Below, piece by piece: positions 37,004-46,874 of a stretch of DNA of 64,000 bases. Within the stretch, counting starts at the first letter, position 1. Each line of letters starts with the position of its first letter. The notes below the pieces were generated by a model. That model was given only the letters and a program-made list of their open reading frames with translations, had not been told where the DNA came from and ran no database searches. Origin of the DNA: an uncultured Gammaproteobacteria bacterium (GTDB taxonomy: Bacteria > Pseudomonadota > Gammaproteobacteria > Steroidobacterales > UBA11654); NCBI GenBank assembly GCA_902634075.1, contig CACPJA010000002.1, forward strand, positions 49,643 through 113,642, in the 5' to 3' direction. Position numbers and translations under genes: made by a program.

Positions 37004-39721
37004 TTAAGTGATTTTTTCTTCTGACATTTCTACAGCTTCGTCTACATCAACTGAGACTAGTCTTGATACCCCAGGTTCGCTCATTGTTACTCCGATAAGT
37101 TGTTTAGTGAGTTCCATAGTTGTTTTATTATGAGTGATAACTACAAATTGAACATTGCTGCTCATTTCTTTAACAATATCGCAAAAGCGACCTACATTTG
37201 TATCATCTAAAGGAGCATCCACTTCATCTAATAAGCAAAAAGGTGCAGGATTCAGTTCAAAAATAGAGAAAAGCAATGCAACAGCAGTAAGAGCTTTTTC
37301 GCCACCTGATAGTAAATGAATGTTACTATTTCTTTTACCAGGCGGTCTGGCCATAACAAAAACACCACCTTCTAGGGCATCGTTGTTTTCCAACTCTAGA
37401 TAAGCTTTACCTCCGTCAAAAAGCCTTGGGAAATGCTTTTTAAGACCCTCGTTAACTTTTATAAAAGTTTCATTGAATCTTGTTTTTGACTCATCATCTA
37501 TTTGTTTAATTGCTCCGTTAAGTGTATCTAGGGCACGATTTAAATCTTCAAATTGCGATAAAAGTTTTTCCATTCGTTCATTTTCTTGGTCATATTCTTG
37601 GGCTGCAGCAAGATTAATTGGACCTAGTCTATCGATAGATTTTAGTATTTTTTCTAGTTCTTCTTCTAATGCATTATGATCAATGGAACTATCATTCAAC
37701 TTGTCACTTATAGATTCAAAGTTTTCTCCATGATTCTTTAGTTGGTCATTTAAAGATTCTTTCCTAACTTCATATTCTTTTTGATTTAACTTAAAGTGTT
37801 CTAAATCTTCTCTAGCTTGATTAACCTGGCTGTTAATATTAGTTCGATCAATTTCAGAATTTCGAAGTATTGTTTGACTATCTTCTAAAATCTTCCTTGA
37901 AGCATCTAGATCTTTTTCTTTTTTAAGACTGTTATTAAGCAAGCTTTCTAATTTTCTTTTAGAGTTATCCTCAGGAGTTTCATTGTTTTTAGTTTTTAAT
38001 GTAAGTTCTAAAGATCTACTTTTTAACTGAGTTCTTTGGGCTTCAAGTCTATTAATAGCCGTGTTCATTGCATCTTGAGAAGACTTTAGAGACTCAACTT
38101 TCAATTCTTGACTCTGGACTTTGAGCGTCAAGCTTTCAATTTTTTGCTTTAATGTGTTTTTCTGGTTAGCCAGATTATTTTTAGCATTATCTGATTCATG
38201 CTTATCAAGATTTAACTGACCTACAAGTTCAGTGTTTTGATCAAGTAAATTTATTGATCTTTTTAGTTCTCTTTCGTTTTCATTAATTTTTTTCTCTGTA
38301 TCTTCTAGTTCGCTTGAAATTGAGACTAATTGGCTTTCAAAATTATTAATTTGTTGCGATATATTTTCCGAACTATTATCTCTTAGAGAGGATAAAAGAC
38401 TGTTTAAATTAGTTTTTAATGATTTGAAAGAACTTTCCAGCTGATGCAAGTTGTTGATAATAATTTTTTGTTGTTGCTGGTTAGAAAGTTGTTTTTCTAA
38501 TAAGTTAACCTTAACTGTTTCTTTTTCAACTATGGTATTTTTTTCATTGAGCTCTGATTTAATAGCTTCATTCTTAATCTCAGCTTTTACGAAAGATTGA
38601 TTTATTTCTTCCAACTTTGTCGATAATTTTCTCAGTTCTGATTTATCGTCATTGAAGCCAGCTAATATCTTTCCTAATTCTAACTCTATCGTTTCAAGTT
38701 CTTTTTTATCTTTATCAATCTCTTTGTTAATATTTCCTAGTTCTGATTTAATCTCCTCAGCGTTTATTGTTTTTTGTGAAGCCAGTTCTTTTTCATACTC
38801 AATCGATTGTTCAAGTCTGGCAATATCAGCTTGGATAGCAAAGTGCTCTTTTTGTTTCTGATTAAAGTCTTCATTTGCTTTGTTGTTTTTAATCCTTAAT
38901 TCTTCTATATCTGCTTCTATTTTCCTGAGTTTAGTTAGATGATCATCATAGGTTTCCTGATACTTTGTTGAATCAGCCTTGTTTGTTTCTATGAGTTTGT
39001 TTATTTCTAGGATTTTTGTATAGATTATTTCTGCGCCTATTTCTTTTTCTCGAGACTTTAGCTTTTTATATCGTTCAGCATCGTTTTTCTGCTTTTTGAG
39101 CCGTTTAAGTTGCTTTTCTATTTCATCTTTAAGATCATTTAAGCGATTTAAGTTCTCCCGTGTGTTCCTTATTCTGGATTCAGTTTCTTTTCTTTTTTGC
39201 TTGTATTTAGAAATTCCAGAAGCCTCTTCTATGAAGACTCTCATTTCGTCAGGTTTTGCTTCTATTAGGTCAGCAATCATAGCCTGTTGTACTATTGCAT
39301 AACTTCTAGGTCCTAACCCTGTTCCAAGGAATAAATTAGTAATATCTTTTCTTCTACACTTTGTTCCGTTGAGGAAGTATTCCGATTGACCGTCTCTGGA
39401 AAGTATTCGTCTTGTAGATATTTCATTGTATTGAGCAAATTCTCCACCAATTTTCTTTTCAGTATTATCAAAAAATAATTCTATGGAGGCATTACTTACG
39501 GGTTTTCGAGTTGAGGATCCATTAAATATGACATCTGACATCGACTCTCCTCTTAAGTATTTAGCTGAAGATTCACCTAACACCCATCTAACAGCATCGA
39601 TAACATTTGATTTACCGCAGCCATTGGGTCCGACGATTCCTACAAGATTTGACGGTAGAGTTAGCGTTGTTGGTTCAACAAATGTTTTAAAGCCTGAGAG
39701 TTTAATTTTACTTAGTCGCAT
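37004..39721 (-). CDS. smc: chromosome segregation ATPase SMC (short, no recognisable hinge)
   Basis: 905 aa. N-terminal head LSGFKTF...GPNGCGKSNVIDAVRWVLGE. C-terminal head LSGGEKALTAVALLFSIF, CLLDEVDAPLDD, ITHNK. Residues ~170-715 are uninterrupted coiled-coil-type sequence. Confidence 0.85.
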   Translation of the reverse strand: MRLSKIKLSGFKTFVEPTTLTLPSNLVGIVGPNGCGKSNVIDAVRWVLGESSAKYLRGESMSDVIFNGSSTRKPVSNASIELFFDNTEKKIGGEFAQYNEISTRRILSRDGQSEYFLNGTKCRRKDITNLFLGTGLGPRSYAIVQQAMIADLIEAKPDEMRVFIEEASGISKYKQKRKETESRIRNTRENLNRLNDLKDEIEKQLKRLKKQKNDAERYKKLKSREKEIGAEIIYTKILEINKLIETNKADSTKYQETYDDHLTKLRKIEADIEELRIKNNKANEDFNQKQKEHFAIQADIARLEQSIEYEKELASQKTINAEEIKSELGNINKEIDKDKKELETIELELGKILAGFNDDKSELRKLSTKLEEINQSFVKAEIKNEAIKSELNEKNTIVEKETVKVNLLEKQLSNQQQQKIIINNLHQLESSFKSLKTNLNSLLSSLRDNSSENISQQINNFESQLVSISSELEDTEKKINENERELKRSINLLDQNTELVGQLNLDKHESDNAKNNLANQKNTLKQKIESLTLKVQSQELKVESLKSSQDAMNTAINRLEAQRTQLKSRSLELTLKTKNNETPEDNSKRKLESLLNNSLKKEKDLDASRKILEDSQTILRNSEIDRTNINSQVNQAREDLEHFKLNQKEYEVRKESLNDQLKNHGENFESISDKLNDSSIDHNALEEELEKILKSIDRLGPINLAAAQEYDQENERMEKLLSQFEDLNRALDTLNGAIKQIDDESKTRFNETFIKVNEGLKKHFPRLFDGGKAYLELENNDALEGGVFVMARPPGKRNSNIHLLSGGEKALTAVALLFSIFELNPAPFCLLDEVDAPLDDTNVGRFCDIVKEMSSNVQFVVITHNKTTMELTKQLIGVTMSEPGVSRLVSVDVDEAVEMSEEKIT

Positions 39722-39807
39722 AAATAACTATAAAATTAGTTGCTTTATTTTAAATTAATTAAGATATATATACATTATTTATTCAAACTAGTTTATAAGG
39801 AACTTCT

Positions 39808-40191
39808 ATGAGTGAGAACATATCGCCTAGCGATCTAGATTCATTTGAAAACCCAAATGTTGAATCAGATTATTTGATCAAGATCAAAATTCCGGAATTC
39901 ACATGTCTTTGCCCTGTTACAGGACAACCTGATTTTGCGACTATCTATGTCAGCTATGTTCCAGATAAGACGTGTGTGGAACTTAAGTCTTTAAAGATAT
40001 ACATCGCAAAATACAGAAATGAAGGTGCGTTTCATGAAGCTGTAACTAACAAAATATATAATGATTTAAAAACAATCCTCGATCCTCGATACATTAAAGT
40101 GAGAGCAAAATTTAATGTGAGAGGCGGAATTTATACTGAAGTTGAGTTTGAGCATACAAAAGAAAACTGGGACTCTAAAATAAACCTCTAA
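39808..40191 (+). CDS. queF: NADPH-dependent 7-cyano-7-deazaguanine (preQ0) reductase, unimodular type
   Basis: 127 aa. Catalytic-Cys motif [14 protein letters not shown] and the QueF motif E(L/S)KSLKIY...FHE. Confidence 0.85.
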   Translation: MSENISPSDLDSFENPNVESDYLIKIKIPEFTCLCPVTGQPDFATIYVSYVPDKTCVELKSLKIYIAKYRNEGAFHEAVTNKIYNDLKTILDPRYIKVRAKFNVRGGIYTEVEFEHTKENWDSKINL

Positions 40192-40210
40192 AAAAGATAA
40201 GCAAAATCAC

Positions 40211-40238
40211 TTCACAAATTTAATATGGAAAGTATAAT
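40211..40238 (+). promoter_or_regulatory. candidate sigma70 promoter of dksA
   Basis: TTCACA (40211-40216), 16-nt spacer, TATAAT (40233-40238), about 33 nt upstream of the dksA ATG. Pattern match only, in AT-rich DNA. Confidence 0.3.
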
Positions 40239-40270
40239 TGCCTTCTTTCAATCAATAGATTTATAGAAAT

Positions 40271-40726
40271 ATGGCTAAGAAAACTGATATTCATAATGGT
40301 TCATTGCTAGAACAGTTCGGCATGAAACCATACAAGCTCAGAGCAAAAGAAAGCTACATGACCAAACGACAATTGACTCATTTCAGGAAACTTCTAAATG
40401 CCTGGAAGGATCAATTAGAAAAAGAAGCCGAGAAAACAGTAAATCACATGCAGAATGACAGTAACAGCTTAGCTGACCCGAATGATAGAGCAACCCAAGA
40501 ATCTGAATTTGGACTTGAACTTAGGACACGGGACAGAGAAAGAAAGCTACTTCGAAAAATACAAATATCTTTGGCTAAGATAGAAGAAGGGACTTACGGT
40601 TTTTGCGAAGAAACTGGTGAAGAAATTGGTCTTCAAAGACTTGAAGCTAGACCTGTGGCAAATCTTACTCTTGAGGCACAAGAACGAAGAGAAATAACTG
40701 AAAAACAATTCAAGGACAATCGTTAG
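40271..40726 (+). CDS. dksA: RNA polymerase-binding transcription factor DksA, Cys-poor (zinc-independent DksA2-like) form
   Basis: 151 aa. Coiled-coil tip motif DPNDRATQE (DxxDxA). Globular-domain positions read C112-E-E-T115 ... T133-L-E-A136, where recalled E. coli DksA has CxxC...CxxC. Confidence 0.85.
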   Translation: MAKKTDIHNGSLLEQFGMKPYKLRAKESYMTKRQLTHFRKLLNAWKDQLEKEAEKTVNHMQNDSNSLADPNDRATQESEFGLELRTRDRERKLLRKIQISLAKIEEGTYGFCEETGEEIGLQRLEARPVANLTLEAQERREITEKQFKDNR

Positions 40727-42807
40727 TCGTTATCAATTGCCTTCATAGATAATCTGATTCTGTTTTGTTTGTCAATTTCAATAACCTTTACATTTATTAT
40801 TTGACCTTCTGACAGAACATCAGTTACTTTTTCAACTCTTTCGTTTGAAATTTCAGATATGTGTACCAAGCCATCTTTACCAGGTAGAATTGTTACAAAG
40901 GCACCAAAGTCCATGATCTTAGAGACTCTTCCTTCATAAATTTTGTTTTTTTCTACATCAGCTGTGAGTAATTCAATTTTATCTTTAGCCATTTGACCTG
41001 AGGATTGGTCAACAGAAGCAATAGTCACGACTCCGTCATCATTAATATCTATTTGAGCACCAGTTACCTCGGTTAAAGACCTAATAGTTGCCCCACCTTT
41101 GCCGATAACATCTCTAATTTTATCTTTAGCAACGGTAATTGTAATTATTGATGGCGCATAGGGAGAATAGTCATTTGAAGGCTTAGAAATAGACTCATTC
41201 ATTATATCAAGTATATGTAATCTAGCTTTTTTAGCTTGTTCCAGGGCATCTTCCATTATTGACTTTGTGATACCATCAATTTTAATATCCATTTGAAGTG
41301 CTGTAATCCCTTCAGAAGTACCGGCAACTTTAAAGTCCATATCTCCAAGATGATCTTCATCTCCAAGAATATCAGTAAGAACTTTGAATTGATCTCCATC
41401 TTTAACAAGACCCATAGCTATTCCAGCAACGTGTGATTTTATAGGTATTCCTGCATGCATCAAAGATAGGCTTGACCCACAAACTGTGGCCATAGAACTG
41501 GATCCGTTGGATTCAGTTATTTCAGATACTAATCGAATTGCGTAAGGAAATTTATCCATTTCTGGTAAAACCGCTTCTAATGATCTTCTAGCCAACTTAC
41601 CATGGCCAATTTCTCTTCTTTTAGGTGAGCCAATAAATCCTGTCTCTCCTACAGAATATGGAGGGAAATTATAATGAAGCATAAATTTATCTTTATATTC
41701 TCCCTCAAGTGCATCAATAATTTGAGAGGATCTTTCAGTACCTAGGGTAGTAGCAACTATTGCTTGAGTTTCTCCTCTAGTAAATAGGGCTGATCCATGA
41801 GCTCTTTCGAGAAGACCTAATTCGATATTGATATCTCTAACGGTCTCAGTATCTCTTCCATCTATTCTAGGTTCGCCGTTTAATATTTTTGATCTGACTA
41901 TTTCTTTTTCAATTTTCTTAATCAGGCTTAAAACATCAGATGTTTCATATTCTTCGGAACCTTCAAGAATATTTTCAATGGCATCATTTTTGATTTGTTC
42001 AAGCTGACTTTGTCGATCTACTTTATCTGCAGTTTGATAAGCCGTTTTAATTCTGTCATAAGCGAAGTCATTGACAATCTTTTTGAGATCTTTATCTACT
42101 TCGATAGTTTCAATAACCCACTTTTCCTTTCCAGCTTCTTTAACTAATCCATCTATTCCTTTAATGGTTTCTTTAATTGCATCATGTCCAGCCATGACTG
42201 CATCTAACATAATTTCTTCAGACAAGATATCTACTTCTGACTCAACCATAAGTATTGCTTCATTAGAACCTGCAACAATAAGATCGAGTTTAGAATTCTC
42301 CATTTGACTGACAGTGGGATTGATTACGAATTTATTATCAATGTAACCCACTCTTGCTCCACCAATTGGACCATTAAAAGGGATATCCGATATAGAGATA
42401 GCAGCAGATGCTCCAATCATCGATAAGATATCTGTTTGAATCTCTGGATTTAAACTCACAACAGTTAGAATGACTTGTATTTCATTTAAAAAGTCATCTG
42501 GAAATGATGGACGCAAGGGTCTATCTATGAGCCTAGATATTAATGTTTCTTTCTCCGATGGTCTGCCTTCACGTTTAAAAAATCCACCTGGTATTTTTCC
42601 AGCTGCATACGTTTTTTCTTGGTAATTAACAGACAGTGGAAAGAAACTCTGATCTTCTTTTGCTTCTTTTCTGCCTGCAACTGTGGCTAAAATTGTTGTT
42701 CCTTCACATGAAACTAGGACAGAACCATTTGCCTGCCTTGCTATTTTTCCTGTTTCTAAAACGATTTTTTGATCATTGATTATGATCTCTTTAGATATTT
42801 GATTCAC
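40723..42807 (-). CDS. pnp: polynucleotide phosphorylase
   Basis: 694 aa. Two RNase PH domains, then KH ([10 protein letters not shown]) and S1 ([13 protein letters not shown]) domains. GTG start with AAGGAA Shine-Dalgarno. Follows rpsO. Confidence 0.95.
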   Translation of the reverse strand: MNQISKEIIINDQKIVLETGKIARQANGSVLVSCEGTTILATVAGRKEAKEDQSFFPLSVNYQEKTYAAGKIPGGFFKREGRPSEKETLISRLIDRPLRPSFPDDFLNEIQVILTVVSLNPEIQTDILSMIGASAAISISDIPFNGPIGGARVGYIDNKFVINPTVSQMENSKLDLIVAGSNEAILMVESEVDILSEEIMLDAVMAGHDAIKETIKGIDGLVKEAGKEKWVIETIEVDKDLKKIVNDFAYDRIKTAYQTADKVDRQSQLEQIKNDAIENILEGSEEYETSDVLSLIKKIEKEIVRSKILNGEPRIDGRDTETVRDINIELGLLERAHGSALFTRGETQAIVATTLGTERSSQIIDALEGEYKDKFMLHYNFPPYSVGETGFIGSPKRREIGHGKLARRSLEAVLPEMDKFPYAIRLVSEITESNGSSSMATVCGSSLSLMHAGIPIKSHVAGIAMGLVKDGDQFKVLTDILGDEDHLGDMDFKVAGTSEGITALQMDIKIDGITKSIMEDALEQAKKARLHILDIMNESISKPSNDYSPYAPSIITITVAKDKIRDVIGKGGATIRSLTEVTGAQIDINDDGVVTIASVDQSSGQMAKDKIELLTADVEKNKIYEGRVSKIMDFGAFVTILPGKDGLVHISEISNERVEKVTDVLSEGQIINVKVIEIDKQNRIRLSMKAIDND

Positions 42808-42852
42808 TTATTTTCCTTGCTTTTAAGAGCCCTATTGCTCTAGCAGAAATAA

Positions 42853-43122
42853 TTACTTTCTTAATCCTAAATTTGAAATAAGTTGCTTATATGACGAAAG
42901 ATCTTTTGATTTGAGGTAATCAAGAAGTTTTCTTCTCTTATTTACCATCATTAAAAGGCCCCTTCTAGAATGATTGTCTTTTTTATGGATCTTAAAGTGA
43001 TCGGATAAAGAATCTATCTTCTTTGTCAATAGTGCAATTTGAACATTAGTCGAACCAGTATCTTCTTTTGATAACTGGTGTTTATCTATAACTTCTTTCT
43101 TAATTTCTGATGTTAAAGTCAT
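42853..43122 (-). CDS. rpsO: 30S ribosomal protein S15
   Basis: 89 aa. GSTNVQIALLT...HFKIHKKDNHSRRGLLMMVNKRRKLLDYLK. Confidence 0.95.
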   Translation of the reverse strand: MTLTSEIKKEVIDKHQLSKEDTGSTNVQIALLTKKIDSLSDHFKIHKKDNHSRRGLLMMVNKRRKLLDYLKSKDLSSYKQLISNLGLRK

Positions 43123-43186
43123 TATTTCTATTAATTGTTATTTTCAAAACGCTATTCTACATACATTAAACATTACAACAAGAGAA

Positions 43187-44089
43187 TTAATTATTTGCAA
43201 AAACCTTGAGCGGTTGAATGAGATCATTTTTTTGTTGATTAGCTAGACCGATAAAAATCTCACTACTATCATATATTCTTATAATTTCAGGATTTTCTTT
43301 AAAGTTAGTTTTATATGTAAATGTCTGACCGTTAGAAAAACGAATAAAGTCATCATGATTTATCGAAATACTTGGGAGATGCATTAGACCATAATCAATG
43401 GGTTTCAAATAACTGGTTAATTTATTCTTTTTGCATCCTAAGATTTCATCAAAAGTAATCATTTTGTTTTTTCTAAATACATCTATAGATATACGTCTCA
43501 ATTCTTTCACATGACCATGAGTTTTCAGTTTTAAAGCAATATCTTCAATTAGCGTTCTGATATACGTTCCTTTGCTGCAACTTAAAGTTAAGTTAATTAA
43601 ATTCTTTGAAAATGAGTTCAAATGAATTTGGTGGATTGTTATTTTTCTTGGTTTTCTATCTATAGATATTCCTTTATGTGCAAGCTTATAGAGTGGCTTA
43701 CCATTAACTTTAATAGCAGAGTGCATTGGCGGTATTTGCTCAGTAATTCCCAAAAAAGAATTTAGTGCTGTTTTTAAAGCATCACTAGTGATTTTAATTT
43801 CTCCGTCAGTAACATTGATAACTTCTCCATCTGCATCTCCAGTTGTCGTTTTTTCGCCTAATTTAGCTATAACATTATAAGTTTTTGATGAATCCATAAG
43901 ATAGGGGACAGTTTTTGTGGCACTACCAAAACATATAGGTAAAAGACCTGTTGCTAAAGGGTCTAGCGTTCCACAGTGGCCTGCTTTTTTAGCATTGTAG
44001 ATATTTTTTATCTGTTGAAGGGCTCTATTTGAGGTTATACCTCTGGGTTTATCTAGTAATAAAATTCCGTGAACATTATTTTTCTTCAT
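43187..44089 (-). CDS. truB: tRNA pseudouridine(55) synthase
   Basis: GILLLDKPRGITSN and the catalytic-Asp block GHCGTLDPLATGLLPI. Confidence 0.9.
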   Translation of the reverse strand: MKKNNVHGILLLDKPRGITSNRALQQIKNIYNAKKAGHCGTLDPLATGLLPICFGSATKTVPYLMDSSKTYNVIAKLGEKTTTGDADGEVINVTDGEIKITSDALKTALNSFLGITEQIPPMHSAIKVNGKPLYKLAHKGISIDRKPRKITIHQIHLNSFSKNLINLTLSCSKGTYIRTLIEDIALKLKTHGHVKELRRISIDVFRKNKMITFDEILGCKKNKLTSYLKPIDYGLMHLPSISINHDDFIRFSNGQTFTYKTNFKENPEIIRIYDSSEIFIGLANQQKNDLIQPLKVFANN

Positions 44090-44441
44090 TGTCTTTTTTT
44101 ATTGTTTGCTCGATTAATAGATTAATTCGATTCGCATATTCTTCATGATTGTCAATAATAAAAATAAGAGTTGGGATTTTTTTTATTTCTAATGCCTTTC
44201 CAATTTCTTTCTTAAAAAAACCAGAAGCCTTAGCCAAAAGACTTTCAAGTTTTTTTTTCGGTAGGTCAGTTGTTATCACTGAGCAGAAAACTTTTGCTGA
44301 GCTCAAATCTTTTGTTAACTTAACATCATCAATAGAAATATTTTTAAGCCTCTTATCTTTAATATTATGTATTAAGTTGTGACTTATAATACGTTGAATC
44401 TTCTTTTCTAATCTATTAGTTACTGAATACTCATTAGCCAT
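44076..44441 (-). CDS. rbfA: ribosome-binding factor A
   Basis: 121 aa in the conserved position between infB and truB. KH-like pattern (VKLTKDLSSAKVF...IKKIPTLIFIID). Confidence 0.85.
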   Translation of the reverse strand: MANEYSVTNRLEKKIQRIISHNLIHNIKDKRLKNISIDDVKLTKDLSSAKVFCSVITTDLPKKKLESLLAKASGFFKKEIGKALEIKKIPTLIFIIDNHEEYANRINLLIEQTIKKDNEEK

Positions 44442-46856
44442 CTATTTTTTACTTTCAACCATTCTGTAACATTCAATTTGATCCCCATTTTTAACATCGT
44501 TATAATTTTTTACTCCAATACCACACTCTGTTCCTGATTTAACTTCATTAACATCATCTTTAAAGCGTCTTAAAGATTCTAGTTCACCTTCATAAATAAC
44601 AGTGTTATCTCTTAAAACTCTAATGGGGTTAGACTTAATAACTGTTCCATCTATAACTAAGCATCCAGCAATTTTTCCTAGGTTTGGTGAATCAAAAATA
44701 TCTTTTACCTCTGCAAGACCGCAGATTTCTTCCTTGATCACTGGGGATGAAAGCCCACTAATCATATTCTCAATATCTTCTATTGTTTCGTAAATAACAC
44801 TATAGTATTTAATATCTACATCTGATTCCTTAATCATTTTTCGTGCTGTGCTATCTGCTCGAACATTAAAACCTATGATGAAGGCATTAGATGCATCTGC
44901 TAAATTAATATCAGATTCTGTAATACCACCAACTGAGCTAGATACGATATCAATCTCTACTTCTTCGTTATCCAGCTTTATTAATGATTCCTTGATTGCC
45001 TCGGAGCTACCCTGAACATCAGCTTTAATCATAATTGCTAGTGTTTTTCTATCAGAAGAGCCTGAACTTTCCATGAATGATTTCATTCTGAGAGTTTGCT
45101 TTTCATTAAGTTGATTTTGTTTTCGATTAGATTTTCTGGTATCAATTATTTCTTTTGCCTGTCTCTCAGAATCAATCACCCTCATTTCTTCACCTGTATT
45201 TGGTGCTGAAGACAAGCCATAAATCCTTACAGGCATAGATGGTATTGCATAGTCTAATTGTTCAGAATTTTCATTTAGTAATAATCTGGCACGTCCTGTT
45301 TCTTCGCCAACAACTAGGAGATCACCTTTATTTAATTTACCTTCTTGCATAAGTATTGTGGCGACAGCACCTTTGCCACTTTCTATGCCTGATTCAATGA
45401 CTGAGCCAATTGGTCTACCTTCTATGGGAGCTTTTAATTCAAGAACTTCGGATTGGAGTAAGATTGTATCTAAGAGTTCATCAACGCCATCTCCTGTAAT
45501 GGCAGATACATTAACAAATAAATATTCTCCCCCAAGTTCTTCAGGGAGAATTTCTTCTGTCATCAATTCGTTTTTGACTTTTTCTAAATCAGATTCAGAT
45601 TTATCAATTTTATTAATCGCAACTATTATCGGAACATTAGCTGTTTTTGCATGTTCTATAGCTTCTTTAGTTTGAGGTTTTACTCCGTCATCAGCTGCAA
45701 CAACCAAAATAACAATATCGGTAATATTAGCGCCTCTAGATCTCATTTGAGAAAATGCAGCATGACCTGGTGTATCAAGAAAAGTTATATCTTTTTTCTT
45801 GTAGCTAATCGTGTATGCACCAATGTGTTGAGTAATTCCTCCTGCTTCGTTATCAGTTACCTTTGACTTTCTAATAAAATCTAATAACGATGTTTTACCA
45901 TGGTCTACATGTCCCATAATAGTAACAACGGGAGGTCTTTCTATTGGCTCATTTGGGTTTGTTTGTTTGTCAAAAATAGAGTCTTCAACTGATCTCTCGT
46001 CCATTGGGTAAGCTTTATGACCTAATTCCTCAATGATCAAGATAGCTGTGTCTTGATCTATATGATCATTACCAGTAACCATTATTCCTTGATTAATTAA
46101 TACAGATATAACTTCATTTACTTTGATAGCTAATTTTTGAGCAATCTCTTGTGGAGAGATCGAGGATGGAACTGAAATATCTTTAATAACAGGTGTTGTT
46201 GGTTTTTCAAATGAATGGGCTTGATCTAATGAGGATGGGTTAACAGTCCTTCTAATTTGTCTTTTCTTTTTCCTTTTAACACGACCTTTTACATGAAGTT
46301 CCTCAATTTCAAAAGGATCTTCTTTTTTATTAGATTTTGGTTTTTTTCGTTTCTTTTTACTTGCTTTATTGTGTTTCTCAGGTGCTGGAGGTGCATCAGC
46401 TATAGGCATTGACATATCTTTAGTCTTATCTTGAACTTCATTATCTGTTTTTAAAGCCTCATCTATTTGTTCATCTTCTAAAGCTTTTTCGTTTTCAAGC
46501 TTCTCCTGTTCTTTTAATAAATCTTCTTGTTTTGCTTCTTCAATAAGGGATTCTTTATTTAAATACGTTTTCTTTTTTCTAACTTCAACATTAACAGTTC
46601 GAGATGTACCAAAGCCACCTGATAGTTTTAATTCGCTTTGTGAACGCCTGTTCACAGTTAATTTTTTAGGCGATTTAATTTCCTTTGTTGTACCGTGGCT
46701 ACCTCTTAAATGATTAAGAAGCATTAATTTTTGATCATTTGAAATTTCATCATTTTCATCTTTTGCGCTTATACCTGCATCATTTAACTGAGAGATTAGC
46801 TTGTCTGAACTAATTTTAAGTGCTGAGGCTAGTTTTGATATAGTAGTGTTAGACAT
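44442..46856 (-). CDS. infB: translation initiation factor IF-2
   Basis: 804 aa. GTPase motifs GHVDHGKTSLLD, DTPGH, NKID. Charged K/E-rich N-terminal region. Confidence 0.95.
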   Translation of the reverse strand: MSNTTISKLASALKISSDKLISQLNDAGISAKDENDEISNDQKLMLLNHLRGSHGTTKEIKSPKKLTVNRRSQSELKLSGGFGTSRTVNVEVRKKKTYLNKESLIEEAKQEDLLKEQEKLENEKALEDEQIDEALKTDNEVQDKTKDMSMPIADAPPAPEKHNKASKKKRKKPKSNKKEDPFEIEELHVKGRVKRKKKRQIRRTVNPSSLDQAHSFEKPTTPVIKDISVPSSISPQEIAQKLAIKVNEVISVLINQGIMVTGNDHIDQDTAILIIEELGHKAYPMDERSVEDSIFDKQTNPNEPIERPPVVTIMGHVDHGKTSLLDFIRKSKVTDNEAGGITQHIGAYTISYKKKDITFLDTPGHAAFSQMRSRGANITDIVILVVAADDGVKPQTKEAIEHAKTANVPIIVAINKIDKSESDLEKVKNELMTEEILPEELGGEYLFVNVSAITGDGVDELLDTILLQSEVLELKAPIEGRPIGSVIESGIESGKGAVATILMQEGKLNKGDLLVVGEETGRARLLLNENSEQLDYAIPSMPVRIYGLSSAPNTGEEMRVIDSERQAKEIIDTRKSNRKQNQLNEKQTLRMKSFMESSGSSDRKTLAIMIKADVQGSSEAIKESLIKLDNEEVEIDIVSSSVGGITESDINLADASNAFIIGFNVRADSTARKMIKESDVDIKYYSVIYETIEDIENMISGLSSPVIKEEICGLAEVKDIFDSPNLGKIAGCLVIDGTVIKSNPIRVLRDNTVIYEGELESLRRFKDDVNEVKSGTECGIGVKNYNDVKNGDQIECYRMVESKK

Positions 46857-46874
46857 GATTATTTATTATTTACT

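Noticed and set aside
42808-42852. A short hairpin (AGAGC-CCTATT-GCTCT) lies between rpsO and pnp, and I considered it as an RNase III site or terminator like the E. coli pnp leader.
   Set aside because: The stem is only 5 bp, with no U-tract, and the spacer is just 45 nt. That is too weak to call from sequence alone.
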